Both the position numbers and the translations under genes were made by a program. Positions 44,050 to 56,435 of a stretch of 64,000 nt of DNA are shown here, one piece after another (positions within the stretch are counted from its first letter, which is position 1; the number at the start of each line of letters is the position of its first letter). The stretch is from assembly GCF_009914755.1 (NCBI RefSeq), contig NC_060936.1; one strand, 5' to 3'. The stretch comes from the human T2T-CHM13v2.0 reference genome, Homo sapiens. The notes beneath the pieces were generated by a model. That model searched no databases, was not told the origin of the DNA, and saw only the letters and a list, made by a program, of their open reading frames with translations.

Positions 44050-44700
44050 TAATGGAATAGATCTTGAGGGTCTTCAGGAAGGCAATGAGTTTATTTTGCA
44101 TATGTGAGGGATATAAATTGTTGTGACCCAAGGGCAGACTGTGGCAGATTATATTTTCCAGAGATGGCCACAAAAACTCTCCTACCATGCATACTCTAAT
44201 AATGTGACTTGAGAACTCCCCCCCCCCAACAAGAGGTGGATCTGTGCTAGAACTCTTCTCTCTTGTACCTGGGTGGGACTTTGTGATTGCTTCAAGCAAT
44301 AGAGTATGATGAAAGTGATGCTAGCACACTTCCCATGTAAGGCTATTAAAACATCACGCAATTCCAATTGTTCTCTATGGACACTAGCTTTGGGGAAAGC
44401 CAGCTGCCATGTAAACAGTCCAACTTTCTGGAGTCAATCATGCTGTGAGGGTGCCCACACTAATTCACAAGGAGAAACCACACAGAAAGCCCTGAGACTA
44501 CACAGGAAGGGAGATGTTTGGCCAGCCCCGGCTGCTCCAAGCCTTTGCTATTTCAACTCCAGCCACCATGTGAGAGATCATGAGACAGATCTGTTCAGCC
44601 TAGTTCTTCCTGAATTCCTGACCCACAGAAACGTGAAAGATACTAAAATTATTGCTGTTGCTGCTTAAGACAAAAGGATGACCTGTCACTAAGAAGTAAA
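44050..44700 (+). mobile_element. MLT1 (G/H-like) LTR with a short 3' internal segment
   Basis: Internal end gtttattttgcatatgtgaggg...agggcagac, then LTR start TGTGGCAGATTATATTTTCCAGAGATGGCCACAA at 44140. Confidence 0.75.
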
Positions 44701-44749
44701 AAACTGAAAGAAGAGCTAAAAACACTTCAATCTCCCCCTCCTAACTTAT

Positions 44750-45900
44750 GCAATGTCATTTTCCAGTATTTTAGTTGTCTTTCGTTTTGATCACACAAAT
44801 CATCTGCAAAAATAATGTATGATAATAATTATTGTTTTATACAGATAAAATTGTTTAGATTTATTGATATGTTTAGCAATTCATTTGCATCCCAGGTTTT
44901 TTTTCTGGAGTAACATACTCTTTTTCTGAGGTATATTCTTCAGATTTTCTCTCAATGAAGGATCTTTGGAGGTAAAAAATCTGTGTCTGTTTTTCAGAAA
45001 ACATTTTCTATTGAAACAACTATTGAAGAAATAGATTGCAGAATATACATTTCTATGTTGATAGTTTCTCTCTCAGCACTTTGAAGATACTCTTCCACTG
45101 CTTCCTGACATCCATTTTTACTGTTAGAGGAAGTTCGTTTTTAGTATAATTATTCTTTTGCAGGTGATCTGTCTTTTCTTTCTGTCTGCTTTTATAAGCT
45201 TCTTATTATCTTTAGCTCTGTTTCACTAAAATTGTCTGTTTGCATTTTTAAAAATTTTAATTGATCTGCTTGATACTTTGTGTTTTGGATCACATTACTT
45301 TTTACTTATGGATCACATTAATCATGAATTCTGAAAAAGAGTTCTTATCCCTATTTTATACTTCCACAATTCCACTTTAACATACTCCTTCTCATTCTAT
45401 CGTCCATGTTTCTTTGTCTTGCCTTTGTATTTTCCATAGCCTCATTATCTGGAAAATTATTTGCTCTGTATTCCAGTTCACAAATTCTCTCTTCAGTTAT
45501 GTCTAATTTGATGTCTTTCCATTTCAACAATTATATTTTTCATTTCTAAAAGTTCAATTTAGGTCTTTTTCAAGTCTACCTATTTAATTTGGATATTCTC
45601 TTATTGGCTTCTCATTCTTTTTATTTTCTATAAAGATTACATATTTAGTAATCTACTGCATCTGACAATTCCAATAAGTTCTCAGGCATTAAATTCATCT
45701 GGTACTTTTTGTTTGATTTTTGTCTCTGAGAATTTACACTATTGATGGCTTGTGTGCATTTTGAGTGTTTGCTTATGAGCTATCATTTGTTTGAACATAG
45801 TATGTGAGAATTCTATGAGCTTTCTTCCAGAAGAAATTTGTGTGCTTCTGTTGGAAGCCAGGGGCTGCTACTGACCTGGAACCACAATAGGCTCCTTCTC
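44750..45900 (-). mobile_element. Ancient L1 (L1M) fragment
   Basis: T-rich plus strand with antisense L1 ORF1-like remnants (tcagcactttgaagatactcttccactg). Confidence 0.55.
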
Positions 45901-47034
45901 AGGACTTAATATGGGACACCCTCAACATGGTGAGTCCAGAGATTGGTCTCTTTTCTAAGTTTTGGTACCTGACTTTTATAATTCACACCATTTGGTCTGG
46001 TTTTTGTTCCCTCATTTTCTGTTTTTGTTTTTTTTGTGGGGAAGGTGGGCATGCAGATATTCTTGGAAATTTCTCTAAATCTGATGAGTACAATAATGTA
46101 TTAAATAATATGTTTTATCCAAGAACAAAATGTATTGCAACTGGAGAGTCCTCTTGAGTAGCTAATTTGGATATCAGTCAGAATAGCTTCTACTAGATGC
46201 AGTTACATTATCTCATTTATATCTCTCAACAGTCCCCAAGGTAAATAATATTTATACTCAATTGACATATGGTACATTAAGTAACTAAGGTTACATAGCT
46301 AGTAGGCAGAAACACTTACTAGCACTAGCACTATAATTTGAAAACAAATCCGTTCTAATCAAAACTTGTGTTCTTCACTGCTATATAATATTGCCTCTCA
46401 GATACCAACTCCATGTATCCATATTTTTAGGGGCTTTTCTTTTCTATCTCCTACTTGCTATCTCTAGTTTCAGTTTTATTATCTGCCTTCTAATTCCCTT
46501 ATTTCAGAACAGATGTTAGAATAAATAGCTATCAATGACTTTGAAGCCTTGATACAAACAATGATAAGCTGCTCTGAGTTTGGAGGAAAAAAAAAAAGAA
46601 GTCAGACAGCAAAAGAGATATGGAAGTTTTAGGAACACAGTTTGAAACATGCATGTATAGTTTGTGTACATTGAGTTGTACACAATTTTAAAGATAAATT
46701 GCTGTAATCTTGGACCCAAGTTATTTTCCTCAAAGCTCAAGTTATTATTTAAAAAGCACACTAATAACATAAACAATTGTTCCCCCTGCAATTATCTCTA
46801 CATTCTCAATTCCCTTTATTAAACTTAGAGGCACTAACCATTGGATAAAATCTCTTCTACTTGTATGGGAAGATATTTCTCAGGTTATACCTCAAAATAA
46901 ATATTGAGGTCTCATATCAAGTCCCCTTATTGAATTAAAAGTTATGCATTTACAAATTTTAAAAGTTTAACTCCACCATGATTTTTACTACATTTGTTCT
47001 AAATACATTTCTGTTTCCTAGTTCATGCCAACTC

Positions 47035-47236
47035 TTTTTTTTTTTTTTTTTTGAGACAGGGTCTTGCTCTGTTGCCCAGGCAAGACTGCAATCATGGCTA
47101 ACCTTAACCCTAACCCTAACCCTAACCCTAACGCAACCTTCTGGGCTCAAGCAATCCTCTCACCTCAGCCTCCCGAGTACCTGGGACTACCAGAACATGC
47201 CACCATGCCCAGCCAAGTTTTTATTATTTTCTGTAG
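47035..47236 (-). mobile_element. AluJ right-arm fragment carrying a telomeric insertion
   Basis: Poly-T, then gagacagggtcttgctctgttgcccagg...ctgggctcaagcaatcc. Confidence 0.88.
47098..47132. repeat. Short interstitial telomeric sequence: C TAACCT (TAACCC)4 TAAC
   Basis: Read directly from the sequence; (TTAGGG)n on the minus strand. Confidence 0.93.
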
Positions 47237-47262
47237 AGAACATTTTGTATAATTTCAGAAGG

Positions 47263-47762
47263 TAATATGTTTTGTATCTGTGTCCACACCCAAATCTCAT
47301 ATTGAATTGTAATCCCCAATGTTGGAGGTGGGGCCTAATGGGAGGTGATTGGATTATGGGGACGATTTCTCATCAATGGCTTAGTACCATCCCCTTGGTG
47401 CTTTCCTTGCAATAGTAAGTGACTTATCATGAGACCTGGCTGTTTAAGTGTGGCAGCTCACTCGCTGTCTCTTGCTCCTGCTCCTGCTCGGGCCATGTGA
47501 CATGCCTGCTCCCCCTTTGCCTTCTGCCATGATTGTGAGTATACAGAGGCCTCCCCAGTTGCTGGGCAGATGCCAACATCATGCTTCCTGTAAAGTCTGC
47601 GGAACCAGGAGCCAATTAAACCTCTTTTCTTTAAGAATTACCCAGACTCCGGTATTTTTTTTTTTTTTTTTTTTTGAGATGGAGTCTCACTCTGTCACCC
47701 AGGCTGGAGTGCAGTGGCGCGATCTCTGCTCACTGCAAGCAATGTGGGAATGGACTAATATA
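47263..47762 (+). mobile_element. MSTA-like MaLR solo LTR with an AluY fragment inserted at ~47655-47740
   Basis: ccaaatctcatattgaattgtaatccccaatgttggaggtgggg...ggactaatata. 5-bp TSD GAAGG at 47258-47262 and 47763-47767. Confidence 0.87.
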
Positions 47763-49038
47763 GAAGGATTCCCTCAAATTTATAAAATCCCTTCCATGGA
47801 CACTACAACCATGGACATGTCTGCTTCTGTGAGCAACTTCAGGGTTTGAGGCCATCTCATTCAACTTTGTAATGTCATGTCCCAGAGTAGATTTCAAGAA
47901 ATATTTGTTGGCTCTCATTTTATTCCTCCTCCCCCCCATAAACTTCCAGACCTTCAAACTCCATATGTATATTTTTCTCAAATATATTTGCTCAAGACCA
48001 ATCTGACAGTCTAAAGAACTCTCTTTTCCAAATTCTATTTCCATAATTTTTCTTTTTCTATTTCATAAAAGAAAGTCATGCCTCCTATTATCCCAAATAT
48101 TATAATGATTCATTGCCCCAAAGGATAAAAGCCACTAAGCCACCAAACAAAGAAACATTTCCAAAATACATACCTTCTGAGGGAATATCCCCTGAACAAA
48201 AGCAAAAATGTATTTAGAAGAAATAGAAAGGAGCTGTGTCTTATTTTATCCAGGGGACAAACTCTTGACAGTTCCCCATACTGTATATGTTGAATAATTA
48301 AGCCTGAGAAGTGGGTTTATATTAAATCCAATATAATTAAACCCAATCATTATATTGGGTTATACTGTAACACTTATTTGAATTACAGTAGTCCATCGTC
48401 CATCTTTTCTGACAAAAAGTTAATAAATTAATTTGACAAAGAGACTGATTTTGCCAAGAGGACATGTAACATTGGAAGAACTAGATCTGCACTTCTGAAA
48501 TTCTGACAATATATATATTTAAAGCATATGTATATAATGCCCTGAAAAGTCCGTACTTGGCAACAATTTAACCTATGCCACAAAAATTAGGTTAATTAAA
48601 AATAATCAAGGGAATGATGGATTTAAAAAATCTTTTAAAGGATATTTGAACATTAACTTCACCACTACACAATATAGCCATGTAACAAAATGGCACTATA
48701 TCCCTTAAATTCATACAAATAAAATAAAGAGTATTTGAACCAAAATGTTTTAAGAACAAGGGCTACAGATGGTGCATTGATGAAGGGTAATGATATGTAT
48801 GAATCCTCTGCCTTCCACCTGCAAAGGCCAGCAAAGGAAGAAAAAGGATAATAGTAAGGAGTTTAAATATCCAGCTGCCAGATTAAAACCACCTCTCTTC
48901 TGCCCATAAAAATTCAATCAGAGGATGAATGTGACTGCAAAGCCCTTTCTAATCTTATGTCTCAGGCACCCTAACTAATCTTTTTGTTCTGGGTACTGTC
49001 AAGAAGAATGCACTCCAAACAAGATATCCTAACAAAGG

Positions 49039-49083
49039 CTGTAGCAAAGCTCCTTCTTACTGTAGCAAAGCTCCTTCTTACTG
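49039..49083. repeat. Perfect 21-bp tandem duplication (CTGTAGCAAAGCTCCTTCTTA)x2 plus CTG
   Basis: Read directly from the sequence. Confidence 0.95.
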
Positions 49084-49810
49084 AGAATTTCTTTTAGATA
49101 GAGTAATAAGTATTGCCTTCTCTAACTTTCTTTTTTTCACTATAATTATGAGTGCCTCTCACATATGTATGCTTAATTTTTCTAAAACCTGTTTTATCTT
49201 GTTACTGATATTTTCTAACAGAATTTTACAGTGAAAACTCTTAATGCTTATAACTTCTGATAGAATATTTTTAGGAGAATCAAGGTTTTGGAGACAGCTA
49301 TGAAAATTAGCATTTCCACTGCACATCTCTGCCCAACAAGTTTAATTTTTCATCACATGAAAGTACAAGATAACTACTGATGTCTTGGATTTGCACAGCT
49401 TTGAGAGAAGACTACGAGATATGAATAAAATATCTAATATAAATAGGATAATCTTCTAATATAGAAATACATACTGCCTTTCTCACTTCAATATTATTTC
49501 CTCCATTTTACTGTGCCATGAGAGTATAGCATCATCTATATTTTAATCCCTATATACAAGTGTTTGCACTTTGTTTACCACCCTGTTTGCATATACTGCT
49601 AGCCACATGAACAAGATGCTATGAATGCAGTCTCAGCTGTATTTAACCAAAAGTTTCCAGCACTTGCTACCTGTTTGATCCCTTCTATAAAATGGAAAGT
49701 TGATAATTGATGGCTTAAAACATTGTATTCCAATTTGAGCACAGAGCTTCACAACACTGACAGTGGTGCTGATAAGGCTTTAACTATATTTCTATTCAAA
49801 TATTTTTATT

Positions 49811-50103
49811 GGCCGGGTGCGGTGGCTCACACCTGGAATGCCAGCACTTTGGGAGGATGAGGCAGGTGGATCACCTGAGGTCAGGAGTTCGAGACCAGCC
49901 TTGCCAACATGGTGAAACCCCGTCTCTACAAAAAATACAAAATCACCCGGGTGTGGTGGCACACGCCTGTAATCCCAGCTACTTGGGAGGTTGAAGCAGG
50001 AGAATCTCTTGAACCGGGAGGCAGAGGTTGCAGTGAGCCAAGATCGCACCACTGTACTCCAGTCCGGGCAACAAGAATGAAATTCTGTCTCAAAAAAAAA
50101 AAA
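49811..50103 (+). mobile_element. Full-length AluS
   Basis: Dimer with A-tail and TSD aaat(a/g)tttttat. Confidence 0.93.
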
Positions 50104-50529
50104 TGTTTTTATCAATCCTTATGTTCAAGACACTGAGATCCTTTTTATATAGAACTTACACTCTAGTATACGTCTCGAACTCAATTATGTCAAAAAAGCA
50201 AACTGAGAACCTTTAAAATTAACTATAAGTTGTATAGTCCTCCATCACTTAGCATACTTTTTTCTTATGTTTTTAGTAAAGTATATCTATTGAAGAGTGC
50301 ATCTAACATACATGTGCAGCCTAAGCAATCATTATAAAGTGTATATCCATGTTACACCAGCCTGGCCAAGAAAAAGAACACTTCTAGCAATCCAGAGGTC
50401 CCATTATTCCACACCTGAACCAATACTCTTCCTACCCTGAGAAGTGACTACTTATTGTTCCTTATAGTTTTACTTGCTACATCTTTGTCCCTAGCCATAT
50501 TGTTAGTTGGTTTTATTTTTTATTTTAAA

Positions 50530-50811
<282 letters not shown>

Positions 50812-51581
50812 AACTTCATTTTTAGGTCTTAACCACCTGAAAATAATTTTTGGTATAAGTTATGAGGTAGAGGTTTAATTTATTTTTTTCCCATGTGTAA
50901 TCTAATTATCCCAACATCATTTTGAAAAGTTTATACTTCTTTGCTATTCTCGGCTCTTCATATTTATATCACTCATATAAATATGACATCTGTCATATAT
51001 ACTGGTTTATATCTATGTGGAAATATTTGGGGGTAGCCTATTCTCTTTCACTGCTCAGTTGGTTTATCCTTGCACCAGAGCCACATTGTCTTAATTATAA
51101 TAGCTTTTTAATAAGTCTTAACATCTTATAGAGCAACTCTGCCCATCATTTTTTCTTCAAGAGCTTCTTTGCTATTCTCGGCATATTTCTACATAACTTT
51201 TTAAGTTTAACACACACATACACATGCATGCATCATTAGGATTTCTATTGGAATTTCAATGAATCTGTAGATAGATTTGGGTAGACCTGGTGCCTTTAAA
51301 TACTGAGTCTTTCAATCATGCACATGGTATTATAGTACATCTAATCAGGTTGTCTAAAGTGTCTCTCAATAAAATTTCATATTTTTTCCAAAGAGGACTT
51401 GCTTTCTTGTTTAATTAAGTGTATCATATTATTTGATGCTATTGTAAATGTAATTTTTTCTTATGTCACAAAATGGAATTGGTGTACACATATTGATTTG
51501 AACAGAAACCTTGTTACATTGAATACATTTTTTAAAATGAAGAAACTTTCATTCACTTTTACAAAATTATTTATAACCTGT

Positions 51582-52730
51582 GAAAATGCTACTGTCTCCT
51601 TGTGCAACACATGAATCATGGAGAAAGATCAGAAGGTGTGATAGTGTAATGTTGTGAAATATATATTTGATCTTCGACTTCGTAACTCCTAAAATCTTTA
51701 GCAACTCCCAGTGATACCTTTTTGCATCTTAAGGAGTTGACTGACGGCTGGCAGCCCTATGCAGCTTCAGAGTGGGGGGCTGGTCACTGCAAAGAATCAA
51801 GGCAGGATTCTAGGACTGGGACTTCAGCCCCACTCCCTGACCTCTGGGGAGGAGAAAAGGGTTACAGGTTAAGTTGATCACCAGTGGTTAATGGTTTCAT
51901 CAATCACGCCTGCTAATGAAGCCTCCATAAAAACCTGAAAGGACAGGGCTTGGAGAGCTTCCAGATAAGAAGGTGGAGGTTTCTTGGGGGTGGTGTGCCC
52001 AGGGAGGGCATGGAAGCTCCATGTCCCTTCCCCCATCCCTCATCCTACACACTCCTTCATCTGAATCCTTTGTAACATAATAAACCAGTAAACGTAAATA
52101 AGCGTTTCCTTGAGTTCTGTGAGCTGCCCTAGCAAATTAATCAAACCCATAAAGAGAGTTGGGGGAACCCCAACTTGAAGCCAGTCAGTCAGAAGCTCCG
52201 GAGGCCTAGACTTGTGACTGGTGGGGGTGGGGGGTAGTCTTGTGGGACTGAGCCCTCAATCTGTGGGATCTGACACTATCTGTAGATAGTGCTGGAATTG
52301 AGTTGGAGATACCCCGCTGGTGTCTGCTGCAGAATTGATTGCTTGCTTGGTGTGTGGGGGAAAAACACAAACACACTTGGTGGCAGAAGTTTTCTATGTT
52401 GATTATTCTGGGAAAACTATATTGTCTCCTTGTGCGACACATGGATTTTGGAAAAAGATCAGAGGGTGTGATGGTGCAATATTATGAAATAGATATTTGA
52501 GATCTTCGATCTCATTCCGTAGCGTACAATGCCTAAAATCTTTAGAAACTCCACAGTGCTATCTTTTTGCATGTTAATGAGTTGATTGAGGCCTTATGCA
52601 GCTTCAGGGTGGGGGCCGGGGACCGGTCACTGGAAAGAGCCAGACCCCCCAACCCTGGTTCTTTGTCACAGTCTTCTGTGTTGTAGTGTGAGAACAGAGG
52701 AAAAAGCAGTTTGGGTTTTTTTTTTCTCTC
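51582..52730 (+). mobile_element. MER21-family LTR with a tandem partial second copy
   Basis: Homologous to the reverse complement of 16402-17605. The segment ~51582-51795 recurs at ~52412-52640. Confidence 0.75.
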
Positions 52731-53130
52731 AGAGATGGTCACTGGTTGAGAGCACGGGCTTTGGAATAAGAGAGGCCTGGTGAAGTCCCAGGCGATTATT
52801 AGCAGCTGTGTGCATGAGCAGGTTCCTAGATTCACCACATCACAGGTTTCTTCTTCTGTCAAATGCATAAATTAAAATAGCTTCTGTCTATTAGGATTGT
52901 TTCAAGGATGAAGTGAGGAACTGCCTATAAAGGGCACAGAACCTGGCACACAGCAATGTCAACTAAATACTTACCAATGTTAGTAATAATGATTCTTGCT
53001 TGTCCATGCGTGTTTTCTTCATAGTGAGCTTAAGTCTTAACCAACAGTTCTACTTTCCTCTTCAAAATTTAATTTTTGACCCTGTCCTTCCTCCATTTGT
53101 ATTTATATTTTTTCCCCCAAAACAGTCTCT

Positions 53131-53213
53131 CCCTCCCTCCCTCCCTCATCTCCTTCCCTCCCTCCCTCGTCTCTTTCCCTCCCTCCCTCATTTCCTTCCC
53201 TCCCTCTCTCCCT
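53131..53213. repeat. Pyrimidine-rich minisatellite, ~21-bp unit CCCTCCCTCCCTC(A/G)TYTCYTT x~3.5
   Basis: Read directly from the sequence. Confidence 0.85.
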
Positions 53214-55067
53214 CAGCTTGTTCTAAATCTTGCTCTGAACATTCTTTTTCACATTCCTTTTTAAATCTTACATCAACTCCACATATTCAGGTAGAAAAAC
53301 AGAATCTTCTGGTCCTCAATACAATATTGAATGTTTCATTTCCCTCCAAAGGAACATGTGTTCCTTCTTAAAAGTTATTTTATTCCTAAATCAAAATAAT
53401 AGTCAAAGATGTCACCTTTGGGGGAAACTGGGTAAAGATTATGTAGAGCCTTCTTGTAAATTGTTTTTTGCAATTTTCTGTGAATCTACAGGTATTTAAA
53501 AATAAATTGTTTTAATAAAAAAATTTCTTGTAAGTGTTCTCTTATTTCTTCTTTGTACTTTTCTGTTTGAGTTATTATAATGAACATACATTTGTGTTGA
53601 AAAATAATAAAATTACTCTTATAAGAACAAAAATAAATACATTTACATGGATTACATTTCTAAATATATACTATAAATGCATTAGAAACATTCAGGATAT
53701 TTTTTTCAGGGAAGGGAGGAGCATCAGAGTAAGAAAGATCATCCAAAGAAAGATTGTTTTTATAAAAGAAGCCATAAAGGAAAATACTAACAAGTCTCAT
53801 CGCATAAAAAATTTTAAATTGCAATAGAATATAAATTAAAATATATGTGACAGGCTAGAATAAAATATTTGATACAAAGACTTAATATCCATAATATAGA
53901 GTTCCTATAAATCAATAGAAAAATATTTTTTAAAGCAAGTCGAAAGTAGGCAAAAAATACAAAGGAGCAGAAGAAAAAATACTAATAGTCAATACCACTC
54001 AGCTCTTATTATATTCAGAAAAATGCAAATTAAGTAGAATATAATGTATCCTTTTTTTCCACAAATAGTATTGTTTTACATATGGGTAACAAGCAGTCTT
54101 ATCCATTATTGAAGATAAATGGTACATTTGGGGAGGGTAATTTAACAATATCTCCCAAAATTAAAAGCTGATTGCATTTCTAGATATCTATTTTATGGGA
54201 ATACTTATGAACCAAAACAAGTAGTGCCACGTTGTGAATAAGTGAACACACATGCTGTTCACTTGGACGGGACTTAGATGACAAGCGCCTGGGCCCAGAA
54301 CATCTGGATGTTTCCCTCCTAATTGCCAGGGACACAGGAGGACCTAAAGCAATGCTTGATTCCTCTTTCCTTGGAGACGGACTCCTTTCTCTACAATGAA
54401 CAGTCCTTGGAGAAACAGCTGATAGCTCGCTGATGCACTTCATCAATTAGAGACTGACCCCCTCCCCCACCCCCGCAGCTCCCACAGCAGCTTCCAAGAT
54501 TCCAGGCAATTTCAAGATTTCTGGAATTGATCCTAGAACAAGAATTTTACATCTGCTCTCCCAAATATGATTGAATATAATATAATGTAATGTAATACAG
54601 TATACTATAACCACATATTCTTGTCCATTCTGACAATATTGCTATTTTAATGCATGTATGAATTGGCCAAAGCAATGTAATGGATTGGCCATTGCTTTGT
54701 TTTTATTCTTGATATTAATTCAGTTCACAGTTGCCAATCAATAAATTGGGACTGAAGCCAACAAATTGAAAAGTAGCAGTAATGAGTAAACAGAGTATTG
54801 TGCTGTTCTTTGAGCAAAACAATTGATCTTCTTGTTATTTCTATCATCTCTAAAGGCAAGAAACAGAATCCCAGAGGAAGCATAAAATATTGTTTGGATT
54901 CCCATAATCCTGTTTTCTTTATTTACAATTCCCTTCATCCTTCCTGCCTGTCCAGATGGTTTTCCTCTTGATTTCCCAAACTGAATTATGCTCACTGCCT
55001 TTGAAATGCTAAGTACTTGAGAAGACTTCATCTTCGTTCGTCACAAACAGAAGTCATAAACTCTTAC

Positions 55068-55581
<514 letters not shown>

Positions 55582-56239
55582 AGTAACTGTTTTTTGTTTT
55601 GTTTTGTTTTGTTTTTTACCACCTCTCCCTTTTAATAGACATTGGATGAATAATTAACTATCAGCATCTTCCAAATGCTGTCATAAAAACTACTCCTGTT
55701 TAGTAAGAAAGATAATGTCAGCCAAAGGGGCAAATTATCTACAAAAAGAAAGAGACAGTAACTAGGAGGTATTTATTCCATTCAAAATATTTTTGAGAGG
55801 GTAGGACAGACATTCTTAGACCTGAATTAAAGCTCAGGACAGTGTGATACACTAGAGGACATGGGACCTACAGTACCTCTGCACACCCATAAATCTCAAA
55901 AGACAAGGAGGAATTAATATATTTTCTTGTGTTTTTCTTTTTCCAAAATCAAAATTATAAGAGTGCATTCAGGGCCATGTACTATTCACTTAAATCACAG
56001 CATGTCTGACTTGTGTGTGTGTGGCCAATGGGTAGGCTGATTACTGGTGAAGGTATAATGGCTCATCATCCAAAGAAATGCAGTGATCCACCATCCCAGT
56101 TCAGCCAAAGGAAAGAGTACAGGTGATGTTTCCCTGGTGATGGGAACAGCCACCCCACTCCCACTCCCAAAACCCCACCCTGCCCCAGTTGCTCTCCTTG
56201 GCCACCATGTCTTATGAATGCTTACAATGGGAAATACGA

Positions 56240-56435
56240 CCACTGCGAATTCAAATCCCATGGCTTTCTGCCTGTGGAACATTAGGCAAGTTAATTCATT
56301 TGCCTGACTTCAGTTTCTCCATTATACAAAATGAGGATAATGATTTTTCCTCTTTTCTTGAATTGTTGTTAAGGACTAAAAAAGGTATGTAATATAAAAA
56401 TTCCCCAACCTTGATGTGTACACTTAGTAAATATT
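56240..56435 (+). mobile_element. MIR
   Basis: ttcaaatccca...ggcaagttaatt...cttcagtttctccattatacaaaatgaggataat. Confidence 0.75.

Noticed and set aside
46959-47265. ORFs with VRVRVR, LTLTLT and NPNPNP repeats
   Set aside because: Simply the reading frames of the telomeric hexamer inside an Alu fragment.
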